Position numbers and translations under genes: made by a program
Notes under the pieces: model-generated
Told to the model about the DNA's origin: nothing
Seen by the model: the letters and a program-made list of their open reading frames with translations, nothing else
Database searches by the model: none
DNA from: Azolla caroliniana
Lineage: Eukaryota; Plantae; Polypodiophyta
Length of the DNA stretch: 64,000 nucleotides
Direction of reading: 5' to 3'
NCBI GenBank assembly: GCA_043228905.1
Contig: JBHGNT010000011.1
Coordinates: 6,634,001 to 6,698,000 of the forward strand
Part shown: positions 1 to 11,169 of the stretch, one piece after another
How positions within the stretch are numbered: position 1 is the stretch's first letter
Layout of the letters: each line of letters opens with the position of its first letter

Positions 1-1390
1 CACAGTATGGCCTACTATCGTGCTGCTGGTTAGGCCGAATACGCATTTCGCCGAGTTCAGTCTTAGCCGGAAACCTCTACATTTCTCCAGGCATAACCGG
101 AGATGGTCAAGATGTTCTCCTTTCCTGTTGTACACCGCAAAGTCATCCAAGAACACCTGCATAAAAGTTGGGATAAATTCCCCGAAAATTTCCATGATGA
201 TTCGTTGGAACGTTGCTGGTGCCGTCTTCAGTCCAAACATCATCACGACCACTACAAAGACTCCCCTCCCCATTCGGTGATGAACAATGTTTTCTCTTGA
301 TCGTCCGGGTGCATCCGGATTTGGTTATACCCGCTGAATCCGTCGAGGAGGCTTTACACCTCGTGGCCTGCTATCGCATCCAAGACTCCATTTGTGAAAG
401 GGAGCGGGAATGCATCAGTGATAGTGGCAACATTCAATTTACGGTAATCCACACAAACCCAGATCTTTCCGTTTTTCTTCGGTACCACCACGCTCGGGCT
501 TAGCCAGGTGGCGTCCTTCACCAGCTGGATGAACCCAACCCACAACAACTTGTCGATCTCTTCTTTTACTTTAGCTGCGTAATTCGGATTCATCCGGTAA
601 CGTCTCTGCGCTATCGGTTTCGCATCCTTGCTTAAATGAATCTGGTGCTGATATAATTGTGGGTCCAGCCCCCACATGTCTTCATATGACCACGCAAATA
701 AGTCCTGGAATTCTTTCAATAATGTGATCGTTGCCAATTTCTCCTCCCTTGGCATTTCTTTGGCCACCTACACGGGTCTTGCTTCTACGTTGGTTCCCAA
801 ATTCACTTCTTCCAATTGTGATGCTTTCACCCATTGTGATACCGCCATCTCCCACTCTAGGGCCTCTTGTGCTTGTCGCAGTTCCCGGATCGCATCCCTA
901 ATCGGCTCCTCACCGACATCCTCTGGTTGCCCAATATATGGGGACACCACCTCTGCTACGTCTACTTCAAACAGATGCACTATCCTTGGGTTTTCATCAA
1001 GGTAGCAATCTACCTCCTCATCAGCAAGCCCTTCCAGCATATTCACTCTTTCGGCATATAACGGTGTTACTTCCTTGCTTGGGCCTGCTTGAGGATGCGT
1101 GGGTACTCTGACCTTAGTTTTCCCCCTTCAAGCGTAATGTTGTTCTTCTGCCAGTTTTGTTTGATGTGGGTGGTCCATAACCATGGTCGTCCCAACAACG
1201 GTGGGTATGCTCCATGCACATTCAACTGGAAGACGATGGTAGAAATCCAGAAGGCATGGCTACCGATTGTTACCTCCAAATCCCGGATCAATCTAGTTGG
1301 TCATACTGAGCTGGTGTCTGCCATCTGGAGCCAGAACGGGCATGGTTCCCATTCTTGGATTCCAGGAGTGTTGCATCTTCAGAGGCTAAT

Positions 1391-1575
1391 TGTCGAATAC
1401 AAGTGTATAATGGACGTATTCACACTATCCCTTTGTATAGCTCAAGTTTGGGCCATTTGTGTAATTAGCATAAATGGTAGTTGCCCTAAGCCGGTCACTA
1501 TATATAGTGACCTTGTAACCTTTTTGTAAGGTTGGGGGTTGTATTATTGTTTCTATTGAATAGAAAGTCTTTTGT

Positions 1576-1620
<45 letters not shown>

Positions 1621-1704
1621 AACGACCTAGAAACTGTCATATGCAGGTACAGAACAGAATTGAATGCTTCTTGATCTTCCGCATAGACGACCTTGTTTCC
1701 AACA
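1391..1704 (+). repeat. 5' LTR of Copia 1391-6936
   Basis: Starts TGTCGAATAC, ends TTCCAACA; contains TATATA and (CT)n; direct repeat of 6630-6936. Confidence 0.95.
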
Positions 1705-1706
1705 TC

Positions 1707-1719
1707 TGGTATCAGAGCC
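1707..1719 (+). promoter_or_regulatory. Primer-binding site (tRNA-iMet)
   Basis: TGGTATCAGAGCC 2 nt after the 5' LTR; canonical plant iMet PBS. Confidence 0.92.
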
Positions 1720-2403
1720 TGCACAGTATTCGGTCCTCCAACATCTGCTGTCGGCCATCGTCTCAGCCTGCACAGCATTCGGTTTCTTGCACCATTCGAA
1801 GAAGAGAGAAGAAGAAGAAAAACGAGGCTTGCATCTCATCGCGTTAGATCATCTTCGCTTGGAGTAAGCCAGCCGGTTGTACTCTGTTCCTTGTGATCGT
1901 AACCGCTCGAGGTGAAATCCCCTTGTGCAACATTGACACGATCGTGCTCCACTCGGTTAAACGGCATCCGAAGAGGTCATCAAACGCTGCTCGCCGCTCA
2001 TTGTAACCACTCGGTGCAGATCGGTCTCAAGACAACAACCCCAATTCGTGCTTCATCTGGCTGATCGACATTCGGGAGGATCAGTTGGATCCGTCTCTCT
2101 CGTCACTGCAGTCACCCGAAGCAGAATCGGTCCAGACAATCGGTTTCAATAATCGGCATTTGGCATATATATTCGGAAGCGAACCGGGCTCACTCCGACT
2201 CGGCAACATTCGGGAAGACCAGTCGGTTCTGTCCCTCAAGTTACCGGAGTCAATTCGAGCAAGTTCAACAATACATATATCCGAAGCCGAACCGACTCGG
2301 GTTCAAATCCGACTAGAACGATATCGGGTGAGCCAACCGGCTGCACTCCAACAAGGTTCGTAGTCAACTCCGAACCGAGCTTCGTCAACCGAAACCGAAT
2401 TTG

Positions 2404-5400
2404 ATGGCATCAACATCCGGCTCGTCAGAAATGAGTCTACGAAAGTTCGATGGATCGAACTTTAACTTCTGGAAGGAGCAAATGCAGGACTATCTCATAG
2501 TCAAGGGGCAAATCAATCCCATCGAAAATGAAGAACCTCTAGAAGGATACAAACCAATTGAGTGGCAGAAGCTGGACAGAATCGTCCGCGCCACGATTCG
2601 GATGCACCTATCGGAATCGGTATATTTTACGGTGCAATCGTGTACGACAGCATTCGAACTGTGGAAAACACTGTCGGACACTTACGAAAAGAAGGTCGCC
2701 GCAACGAAGATGTTTCTGATCCGGCGCCTCTACAACTTGCGGATGAAAGAATCCGATTCGGTTCAAGCACACCTTAATGAGTACGAAAGCATAAGCTCCC
2801 AAATCTCATCTCAGGGGACGGCAATCGAGGATGAACTCAGAGCAATGATACTCATGAGCAGCCTTCCCTCATCATGGGAAACTTTCGTCACAACCGTGTG
2901 CAACGCGTCAACCACAGCTGTTAAATACTCCGAAGTCACGAGCGCAATCCTGACCGAAGCAGCTCAGAGAAAGTCTTTCGCCAAAGACTCAACAGACGAC
3001 GCTTATGTAGTACAAGGTTCGACAGACCGATCGAACATACGAGGAAGAGATTCCTCACGACCGCCGAACAATCAGCGAAGACGGAGCCAGTCACGGGATA
3101 ACCGAATCTGCAACTACTGCAAGAAACCCGGACACATCAAAGCCGACTGCCGCGCACTCAAGAACAAGAACGACAAGTCTCAGAAATCAGACAAGAAGAG
3201 TGGCCGGCATGAGGAGATCAATTACGTCAGCTTCTCAGCTGATGTGCTACCAAACGACCCGAATATACTATCAATCGAAAATCCAGTCGGATCAGAAGTT
3301 CTGCTCACGACTGAAGAATCGAGCACATGGCTCTTAGATTCGGGCGCGTCATTTCACGTGACTCCTCATCGATCCCAATTTCGGCAATATACGATCCGTC
3401 ACTCCGACTCAGTTCGAGTCGGCAACTCGCAACACTGTGACATCATTGGAATCGGCACAGTAGAGCTCAACCTTACAGGTGGCTCTACACTTGTACTTCA
3501 CAATGTCCGACATGTACCCGAGCTCTCAAGGCCATTGATCTCAGTCGGACAACTAGATGAAGACGGCATTCGTGCCGGTTTCTCTTCGGGAGGGTGGACA
3601 CTCCACAGGGGGAACCTCCTGCTTGCTAGAGGACCCAAGATAGACTCACTGTATCCGTTACATGTTACGCTCAGAGAGGGTAACCTGTTTTTGGTGGATA
3701 TTCCTGTGTCATCACTATGGCACAGAAGATTAGGACACCTCAGCAAGGCCGGCATTACGCACCTATCTAGAGCCGGATACATCCCTAAACTCTCCTTCTC
3801 GGACCATCAATTCTGCGAGCATTGCCAGTATGGCAAACAAGCAGCCGCATCACACCCGACATCAGCACCAAGAGACACGAGACCTCTCGATTTAGTCCAC
3901 TCGGACGTCTGTGGCCCAATGCCGCATCAGTCTCTCGGCGGTGCCTCTTACTTCGTCAGTTTTATTGACGATTCGACTCGAAAGGTGTGGGCTTATCCGA
4001 TTCGCACCAAAGATCGGGTCTTCTCGATCTTCTCAGATTGGCTCGCTATGGTAGAAAATCAAACCGACCGAAAACTGAAATGCTTTCGGACCGACAACGG
4101 GGGAGAGTTCAAATCCGAAGAATTCGTCAAATTCTGCCGACAACGCGGCATCCGACGTGAATTTACGGCACCACACAGTCCGGAGCAAAACGGGATTGCA
4201 GAACGAATGAATCGGACAATCCAAGAAAGGATAGTTTCCATGCTCCAACACTCCGGACTGTCGGATGGCTTCTGGGCAGAGGCTCTACTCACGGCAGTAC
4301 ACATAATCAATATGTCGCCAAGTAGACCTCTAGGACTTCAAATTCCTCAGGAACTATGGATCGGCAGTAAGCCGAATTACGACAAGCTGAGGATCTTCGG
4401 ATGCGAGGCGTACGCCCTCATTCCGAAAGATGATCGCCGAAAACTTGCACCTCGGTCCAGGAAATGCATTTTCCTTGGATATGGATCAGACGGCGAAATG
4501 GGATACCGACTCTGGGACCCCGAACGCAGACAAATCGTTCGAAGTTCGGACGTTGTGTTCAACGAGTCGGCTATGAATCCATCAGTCGAAAAACCGATCG
4601 AAGTCCGAAGGGTAACATTTTCCGATGTGCCGACCCTTCAAGAAGGCCCCGCTCTTAACACACGGTCAGCTTCACGGGTAGCTGAACCTTACACTACCGA
4701 CTCGGACAACTCCGACTCGGCACAGCCGAATGACTCGCTTTCGGACCATCCGACCTCGATACCCGATGCGACCAGTCCAATCATACCTCGACGATCCGAG
4801 AGACTGTCGCAACCTCCGGAGAGGTATTCTCCTGGAATTTTCTTCACCGACGCCGGCGAACCGACGTCTTACGAAGAAGCATCGACATCTGTCGATTCAG
4901 CCACCTGGCATCTGGCGATGAAGTCGGAAATGCACTCCATTCGGGCAAACAAGACTTGGGATCTGGTCGAATTACCTAAGAATCGACGTGCTCTCCCTTG
5001 CAAGTGGGTTTATCGACTTAAAGAGACGTCTGATTCAACCACCCCAAAGTACAAGGCCAGATTAGTTGCGAAGGGCTTCCGACAAGAATATGGCGTCGAC
5101 TTCGACGAGATTTTCTCACCAGTGGTGAAAATGACAACCCTTCGTTTTCTACTCGGCGTAGTGGCAGCCGACAACTTGGAGCTGATTCAGCTAGATGTCA
5201 AAACAGCCTTCCTCCATGGTGATCTCGAGGAGGAAATTTATATGGAGCAGCCAAAAGGCTTCGTGGCAACTGGCCAAGAACATCTAGTCTGCCGACTCAG
5301 GAAGAGTCTATACGGCCTCAAACAGGCACCGCGACAATGGTACAAGAAGTTCGACGACTTCATCCAATCGATCGGCTTCTCAAAAAGCGATGAGGACCAT

Positions 5401-6435
5401 TGTCTCTTTACCAACACAGCTCAAGATGGATCACCCATCTTCCTCATCATTTACGTGGACGACATGCTAATTTCTGGACGCCACGCGGGCGAACTTGCCG
5501 ATCTCATTCGGCAACTGCGGTTGAAGTTTGCCATGAAGGACCTCGGTCCGGCACGACACATACTTGGCATGAAGATTAGTCGGCACCGCGATAAAAGACA
5601 TCTTTTTTTGTCTCAAACCGACTATATCGGACGTGTCTTGGAACGCTTCAACATGCAATCAGCCAAATCTGCTTCAACCCCGCTCCCCATGAATCTTCGG
5701 CTCTCTCAGCGAGACTGCCCGACATCCGGCCCGGAGGGGGAAGATATGAAGTCGGTACCGTATGCACCGACAGTCGGCTCCCTTATGTACCTGATGGTCG
5801 CGACACGGCCTGATATTTCTCACGCCGTAGGAGTCGTTAGCAGATTTATGCACAATCCTGGCCGATCGCATTGGAACGCAGTCAAGCATGTGTTCAGATA
5901 TCTGGCTGGCACAAAAGACCACGGCATTCTTTTCGGTCCGAACCGAACCTCAGGCGTAGTCGGTTACACCGACTCGGACTTCGCCGGCTGTATAGACAGT
6001 CGGAAATCAACAACCGGATACTGCTTCAAATTCGGCAATGGAGCAATCTCGTGGAAGTCGAAACTTCAGGAGTGCACAACGACCTCAACGACCGAAGCAG
6101 AATATGTAGCTGCTTCTGACGCTGCAAAAGAAGCTTTGTGGCTCGGCCGGCTGGCGCACACGTTTCGGCAAGTCGACCATGACTCGGCTCCAGTTGTCTA
6201 CAGCGACAGTCAAGGTGCTGTTGCCTTGTCGAAAAATCCGGTTCACCACAACGCCTCCAAACATATCGACGTTCGATATCACTTCATTCGGGACTGCGTC
6301 ATTTCAGGGAAAATCGGTCTAGAGAAAATATCCACAACCGACAATGTCGCAGATGGAATGACCAAGTGTCTTTCGGCAGACCGCTTTCGGTCCCTTCGGC
6401 ATCAGATGGGCGTAACGACAAACCAGTCCAGTTAG
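2404..6435 (+). CDS. Copia gag-pol polyprotein (Gag, Zn knuckle, protease, integrase, RT, RNase H)
   Basis: 1344-aa ORF (first ATG 2404): CNYCKKPGHIKADC, WLLDSGASFH, LWHRRLGH/CEHC, VHSDVCGP...RTDNGGEF...QNGIAERMNRT, YKARLVAKGF, IYVDDMLI, YTDSDFAG, KHIDVRYHFIR. Confidence 0.97.
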   Translation: MASTSGSSEMSLRKFDGSNFNFWKEQMQDYLIVKGQINPIENEEPLEGYKPIEWQKLDRIVRATIRMHLSESVYFTVQSCTTAFELWKTLSDTYEKKVAATKMFLIRRLYNLRMKESDSVQAHLNEYESISSQISSQGTAIEDELRAMILMSSLPSSWETFVTTVCNASTTAVKYSEVTSAILTEAAQRKSFAKDSTDDAYVVQGSTDRSNIRGRDSSRPPNNQRRRSQSRDNRICNYCKKPGHIKADCRALKNKNDKSQKSDKKSGRHEEINYVSFSADVLPNDPNILSIENPVGSEVLLTTEESSTWLLDSGASFHVTPHRSQFRQYTIRHSDSVRVGNSQHCDIIGIGTVELNLTGGSTLVLHNVRHVPELSRPLISVGQLDEDGIRAGFSSGGWTLHRGNLLLARGPKIDSLYPLHVTLREGNLFLVDIPVSSLWHRRLGHLSKAGITHLSRAGYIPKLSFSDHQFCEHCQYGKQAAASHPTSAPRDTRPLDLVHSDVCGPMPHQSLGGASYFVSFIDDSTRKVWAYPIRTKDRVFSIFSDWLAMVENQTDRKLKCFRTDNGGEFKSEEFVKFCRQRGIRREFTAPHSPEQNGIAERMNRTIQERIVSMLQHSGLSDGFWAEALLTAVHIINMSPSRPLGLQIPQELWIGSKPNYDKLRIFGCEAYALIPKDDRRKLAPRSRKCIFLGYGSDGEMGYRLWDPERRQIVRSSDVVFNESAMNPSVEKPIEVRRVTFSDVPTLQEGPALNTRSASRVAEPYTTDSDNSDSAQPNDSLSDHPTSIPDATSPIIPRRSERLSQPPERYSPGIFFTDAGEPTSYEEASTSVDSATWHLAMKSEMHSIRANKTWDLVELPKNRRALPCKWVYRLKETSDSTTPKYKARLVAKGFRQEYGVDFDEIFSPVVKMTTLRFLLGVVAADNLELIQLDVKTAFLHGDLEEEIYMEQPKGFVATGQEHLVCRLRKSLYGLKQAPRQWYKKFDDFIQSIGFSKSDEDHCLFTNTAQDGSPIFLIIYVDDMLISGRHAGELADLIRQLRLKFAMKDLGPARHILGMKISRHRDKRHLFLSQTDYIGRVLERFNMQSAKSASTPLPMNLRLSQRDCPTSGPEGEDMKSVPYAPTVGSLMYLMVATRPDISHAVGVVSRFMHNPGRSHWNAVKHVFRYLAGTKDHGILFGPNRTSGVVGYTDSDFAGCIDSRKSTTGYCFKFGNGAISWKSKLQECTTTSTTEAEYVAASDAAKEALWLGRLAHTFRQVDHDSAPVVYSDSQGAVALSKNPVHHNASKHIDVRYHFIRDCVISGKIGLEKISTTDNVADGMTKCLSADRFRSLRHQMGVTTNQSS

Positions 6436-6629
6436 AGCCGGACACAGCGCAGGATGGTTTCGGACAACCGACATCAGTTCCTTAATGATCGGCTTCAACT
6501 CTTCCGACCCGACCAGTTCGGTCTTCTGCCTTCGGACCCTGCCGACTCGAACAAAAACTGATATGTCCGAGAACCTAGGTTTATACCTGTAATCTTAGAT
6601 AACCCATGTATACGCCCATTACGGGGGAG

Positions 6630-6815
6630 TGTCGAATACAAGTGTATAATGGACGTATTCACACTATCCCTTTGTATAGCTCAAGTTTGGGCCATTTGTG
6701 TAATTAGCATAAATGGTAGTTGCCCTAAGTCGGTCACTATATATAGTGACCTTGTAACCTTTTTGTAAGGTTGGGGGTTGTATTATTGTTTCTATTGAAT
6801 AGAAAGTCTTTTGTG

Positions 6816-6852
<37 letters not shown>

Positions 6853-6936
6853 AACGACCTAGAAACTGTCATATGCAGGTACAGAACAGAATTGAATGCT
6901 TCTTGATCTTCCGCATAGACGACCTTGTTTCCAACA
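6630..6936 (+). repeat. 3' LTR of Copia 1391-6936
   Basis: Direct repeat of 1391-1704, preceded by the PPT, followed by TSD CTAAT. Confidence 0.95.
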
Positions 6937-8664
6937 CTAATGACGTTTACTCCCGATCCTCCATCGACGATTGTCCCTGGTACTTCCCGTCCTTTGATAA
7001 TGGTGGTGATTATGGGATTGCTGGTATAGAACACTACCAACCCTTCCTCCAGATTTGAAAAGAATGTCGGAGTCGGTGTGGGGTTTGGTGGGGCCCATGC
7101 TGATTTTAACCCATCGGTGAATCGGGGCACCAATTGCAGTAACCGACCCAGTGGTAGCATGATCTGGCATTCCTGTAATGCCCGCTAGGTGGGGTTATCC
7201 TGTTGCGTCATGTCTGTAGGTTCCTCCAATCCGTTCCTTTGCTCCTTCAGTTCGGTGACATTCTGTTCATTTTCCTTCCTGATCCACTCCGTAGTTTGTT
7301 TGCGGATAGCTTCCTGAGCCTCCCATTCAACTATCTTTCCCTTCGATCTAGTGGTGACTTGCTGGATGTCCGCCACTTCCGCGACCACCATGTTGACTGC
7401 CAGTCGTTTGTCGTGACTCTTTACCGGACATTGGTTGTTGTGGCGTCCCTCTTCGTGGAAATAGTAGCAATATGCCTTTCGTGTATTGCTAGACTTTGCT
7501 TTTTGCATGTTACCCAGTTGAAATCCGGATACTACCCGGTTAGGCTCCTCTACTCTTCTTTGTTCCATTTGAGCACTAGTTATGCTTCTATCCAGCTCTC
7601 GTTGGTAATCCTTTGCCGGTTCCTGACTATCCTCTTTTCGAGCGTTCCATTTTTTATTATAGTGTCGGTTGTTTCGGTATCCTTGCCGGTGCCGGTTCTC
7701 GTAGTCTTCCCATTGATCCTATCTTCTCTGATCATAGCCGAGGGAGTAATCTCAATTATAATGATCACCATTATAGTTACGGCTTCTCTCGCTCCGGTCC
7801 TGGTCATAATTGTCCCGTTGGTCACTGTATCAGATGTCTTGTACCGGTTGGTAGAGATTGTCTCGTTGAAATCGTTCTTCTTTGTCCTCCCGGTCATTCC
7901 GGGTCTCGATGTGCTGGATTGGTGCAGCTTGCCGATTCAGTAGATTGTACTTGTAGCGGTCCATTGTATGTGACCAGGAATGGCATAGCATGCACGGCAA
8001 TCTCATCTTGCACTCTATTGTTGAGTGCCCGGGGTTAAGGCACGTCGTGCATTGGACCGCTTGGCGAAAGCGTAGGTCCGCTTCGGTGGGGAGTGTTCTT
8101 TGGAGTGCTCCCATCGTCAACCACGAACTCGTTTTGTCCATTTCCATGACCCGATCAATTACTTGGTCTATCGTGTTGGTCCGAAAATCCATGACCGCGT
8201 ACACGGTTCGGAGAGGTTCCTAGAGAGTTGCCAAAAATACTGCTTTCGCTTCAGCCTCTAGCGGTGCTCTAGTGAGTTGACTATGCATCGTCTGGAATCG
8301 GATAACGAACAACTGAATGGTTTTAGATGGGTCCTATCGTGTCATATAAAATTGGCCGACAATCTCTCTTTGATCCACCTGTCCTATCTTTGATCCAACG
8401 GTATTAACAAGATACACAATATGTAAAGACACAACACTTCTCTATTAATTATCCGTCATCAATTACATCATCTCCGGATCCTTTTATAGGTATCCGGTTG
8501 TGCTACAAACCGGTGCCAACTGGCAAGCCGCTACGGACCGGTCCACATCCGGATCGACATACCGATTCCGTGTCCGTCCATCCGATCTTATAATTTTCAT
8601 AATTTATCTAATTACAACTCCCAAAACCAACTCCCCTTTCATACTCTGGCCTAAGCGGCCAACA

Positions 8665-9006
8665 ACCAAAGAGCTGTTCAGCCAGTTAGGGGTAAAACTC
8701 TCTCTCACGAGGGCGTACAATTAGGAGGCAAATGGGAAGGTGGAGCATGGACACGGGCCAATCGTGTAGGTGTTAGTACGGGCGTGCGAGGGACAAGTCG
8801 GGAACTGGCCAAGGCTCTTACCTTAAGCATTGTGGTCGGACCGAACTACGCATAGTTCGGTGTTCGGTGACTGGGTTTATGCCTGCAGAGCTTATGTACG
8901 GGTAGAAGCCGATCATGCCAATGGAGTGTACGATCTCTTCATGGGTGGCTATTGGTTGTGTTACGAAGACACTATGGCTCTTTTGTGTGCACAACGGATC
9001 GTGATG
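8665..9006 (+). pseudogene. Degenerate Gypsy-type integrase core fragment
   Basis: Manual translation KELFSQLGVKLSLTRAYN*EANGKVEHGHGPIV*VLVRACEGQVGNWPRLLP*ALWSDRTTHSS resembles rve 'T.YxPxxNGxxE...W...L..AL...RT'; three stops. Confidence 0.65.
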
Positions 9007-10810
9007 TGTTGGATCGTTTAGTGCTCAAGATAGAAAAGGAAGGGGGGGAGGAGACTTACCTCTGTGTAAACCAAACGCTTCTATTCCATTACACGCAGAG
9101 CTCAACTTGCTCTCGTCAGTTTTCAATTTTCCGTTCTTCTTCTTTTCTCTACTTTCTACTTACTACACTTACTTTTTACCTAAGTTATCAGTGACTTATA
9201 TATGGAGCTAATTAGCTGTCAGTAGCTAAATAGTAGCTAATAGCTACTATAGCTTATTTCTCAATAAGCATTACATACCTTTGTTGAGCTTGCTTCTCAA
9301 CACCCCCCCTCAAGCTCAACTTATCCTTTCTTGAGGTCATCTTCAATCTTCTTTTCTTCATGCTTTTCCGCTATCATATCAATGCTCACAACTCCCATCA
9401 TGTCTCTAAACTGTGTATGTTTTTCCATGCTTAATCCCTTCGTAAGAATATCAACCACTTGCTGATTTTTACTTACATACAACAGATCCACTTCTCCATC
9501 AATCACTTTTTCTCTAACAAAGTGATAATGCACTTCAATGCGCTTAGTTCTTGCATGGAACACTTGGTTTTTTGCTAGTTGAATGCTGCTCATATTGTCA
9601 CACCAAATTGTGACTACACCATCTATATACCCTCCCAAATCAGAAAGCAATCTTCTGATCCATACCTCTTCATAGGTGGCTATTGTAGCTCCTCTATATT
9701 CAGCTTTAGTACTTGATAGTGCAACAATAGCTTGTTTCTTGCTACTCCATGAAATAGCTGCACTTCCCAATGTAAACATATATCCACTTGTGGATCTTTT
9801 GTCAGTTTGGCTTCAAGCCCAATCAACATCTTTATATCCTTCCAGCTTTATGTCCAAATCAGCCATGTAAAACAGTCCATAATTTTGAGCAGCTTTTACA
9901 TACCTTAGAATTCTTCTAATGCAATCCAAATGTGGCTTTGTTGGCTGTTGCATAAACTGGTTAACTAATCCAAAAGCATAACTATATCAAGATCACAACA
10001 ATGCACTCATTCATCCTTTTTACATACAATGAGTGCATTTTGAAAGCCAATTTTTTCGGAGATTCTGAAAGTTCTTTCTGCCATGCTCTTGGTGCTTGTT
10101 TCAATCCATAGAGAGCCTTTTTCAGCCTACGTACATATTCTAGATGCTTCTTATCTTCAAAACCTGGTGGTTGACACATATACACTTCTTCTTCTACGTT
10201 ACCATGTAAAAAAGCATTTTTTACATCCATATGGTGCAGAGCCCATCTTTTGGCTACACTCACAGCAAGTAATATTCTCAAGGTTGCCATTTTTGCAACT
10301 GGTGCAAATGTTTCATCATAATCAATTCCATGTATCTAGGCATATCCCTTTGCCACAAGTCTTTCTTTATGTCTACTAACATTTCCATTGGAATCATGCT
10401 TTGTCTTGTAGACCAATTTGCAACCTACAACATCTTTTCCTTTCGGTAACTTTACCAAATCCCATGTTCTGTTTTCAGCCAATGCATCTATTTCTTCTTG
10501 CATTGCATTCACCCATTTCTTATCAGATTTTGCTTCATCAAAATTATTTGGATCAAGGATTTGTACCACTTTAGACATGTATGCATAATGCATAGCCATG
10601 TATGTATCATAACCAAATCTTTCAACAATCTTTTTCTCTTTGCCTGATCTTCTCAGTTTTTGATTTGCATCCTTCATTGTTTTTTCCATACTAGGGATTT
10701 CCAAGGCTCTTATACCAAGCTCATCATCCAATGATTTATCTGAATCTACGTCTTCCATGTTTCTAGACCCATCATCAAGCATTTCATATCCTGGCATCTT
10801 TTGTGGGCTC
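9007..10810 (-). mobile_element. Truncated degenerate Copia (RT, RNase H, PPT, 3' LTR)
   Basis: ORFs 10336-10812, 9982-10290 and 9321-9779 carry RT/RNase H motifs ([45 protein letters not shown]). PPT G7 at 9303-9309. LTR 9007-9302 (minus TGTTGAGA...TCCAACA). Confidence 0.88.
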
Positions 10811-11165
10811 ACGGCCGACTAGGTCGTGGTTTAAAAGAGTTTGCGGCCGTTTCAACAAACAACGCGATTGGAATGACGTGGGGCCATCAGCAATGGGCCT
10901 GGCGGCCAGGAAGAAGCTGGAGGAACTTATTCTAGCACAGTCGAAGGAGACGAGACGATGGTTCGAATCGGGGGTGGCCCCAACCAACGTGATCGCAGGA
11001 CCATCTGGTGATGCGGCTCTAGAGGAGTTGACCAAGATGGTCTGCGATCTCTAGATCGTGCAGGCCCAGAGAGATGGCGGGGGTCAGTTCCGTGACTGGA
11101 GGCCTCCAAACGACCAACGATGCATGTGGTGTGAAGTCGTGGGTCACATCCAAAAAGATGCACTG
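10811..11165 (+). pseudogene. Gag-like fragment with degenerate zinc knuckle
   Basis: ...ALEELTKMVCDL*IVQAQRDGGGQFRDWRPPNDQRCMWCEVVGHIQKD (CX2CX4H); abrupt junctions on both sides. Confidence 0.5.
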
Positions 11166-11169
11166 ATTT

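Larger units (their letters stand above)
1391..6936 (+). mobile_element. Intact full-length Ty1/Copia LTR retrotransposon
   Basis: LTRs 1391-1704 and 6630-6936 (TG...CA, nearly identical apart from (CT)n length and about one substitution). 5-bp TSD CTAAT at 1386-1390 and 6937-6941. PBS TGGTATCAGAGCC 1707-1719. PPT GGGGGAG 6623-6629. Uninterrupted gag-pol ORF. Confidence 0.97.
1..8664 (-). mobile_element. Degenerate Ty3/Gypsy (non-chromovirus) retrotransposon, 5' part: LTR remnant, partial gag, protease, start of RT; interrupted by the Copia at 1391-6936
   Basis: RT motifs WLSPSVVVPKKNGKIWVCVDYRKLN (ORF 354-767). Protease IVDGGSGVNVIS (ORF 6792-7160) joins across the Copia insertion. Gag zinc-knuckle CTTCLNPGHSTIEC (7830-8204). 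LTR remnant ~8390-8664 ends CGGCCAACA and has CCTTTTATAGG, like the LTRs of the element at 29733-45062. Many stops and frameshifts; gag 5' half deleted. Confidence 0.85.

Noticed and set aside
1577-1616. (CT)n/(GA)n microsatellites as independent features
   Set aside because: Ordinary components of LTRs, repeated in each LTR copy.
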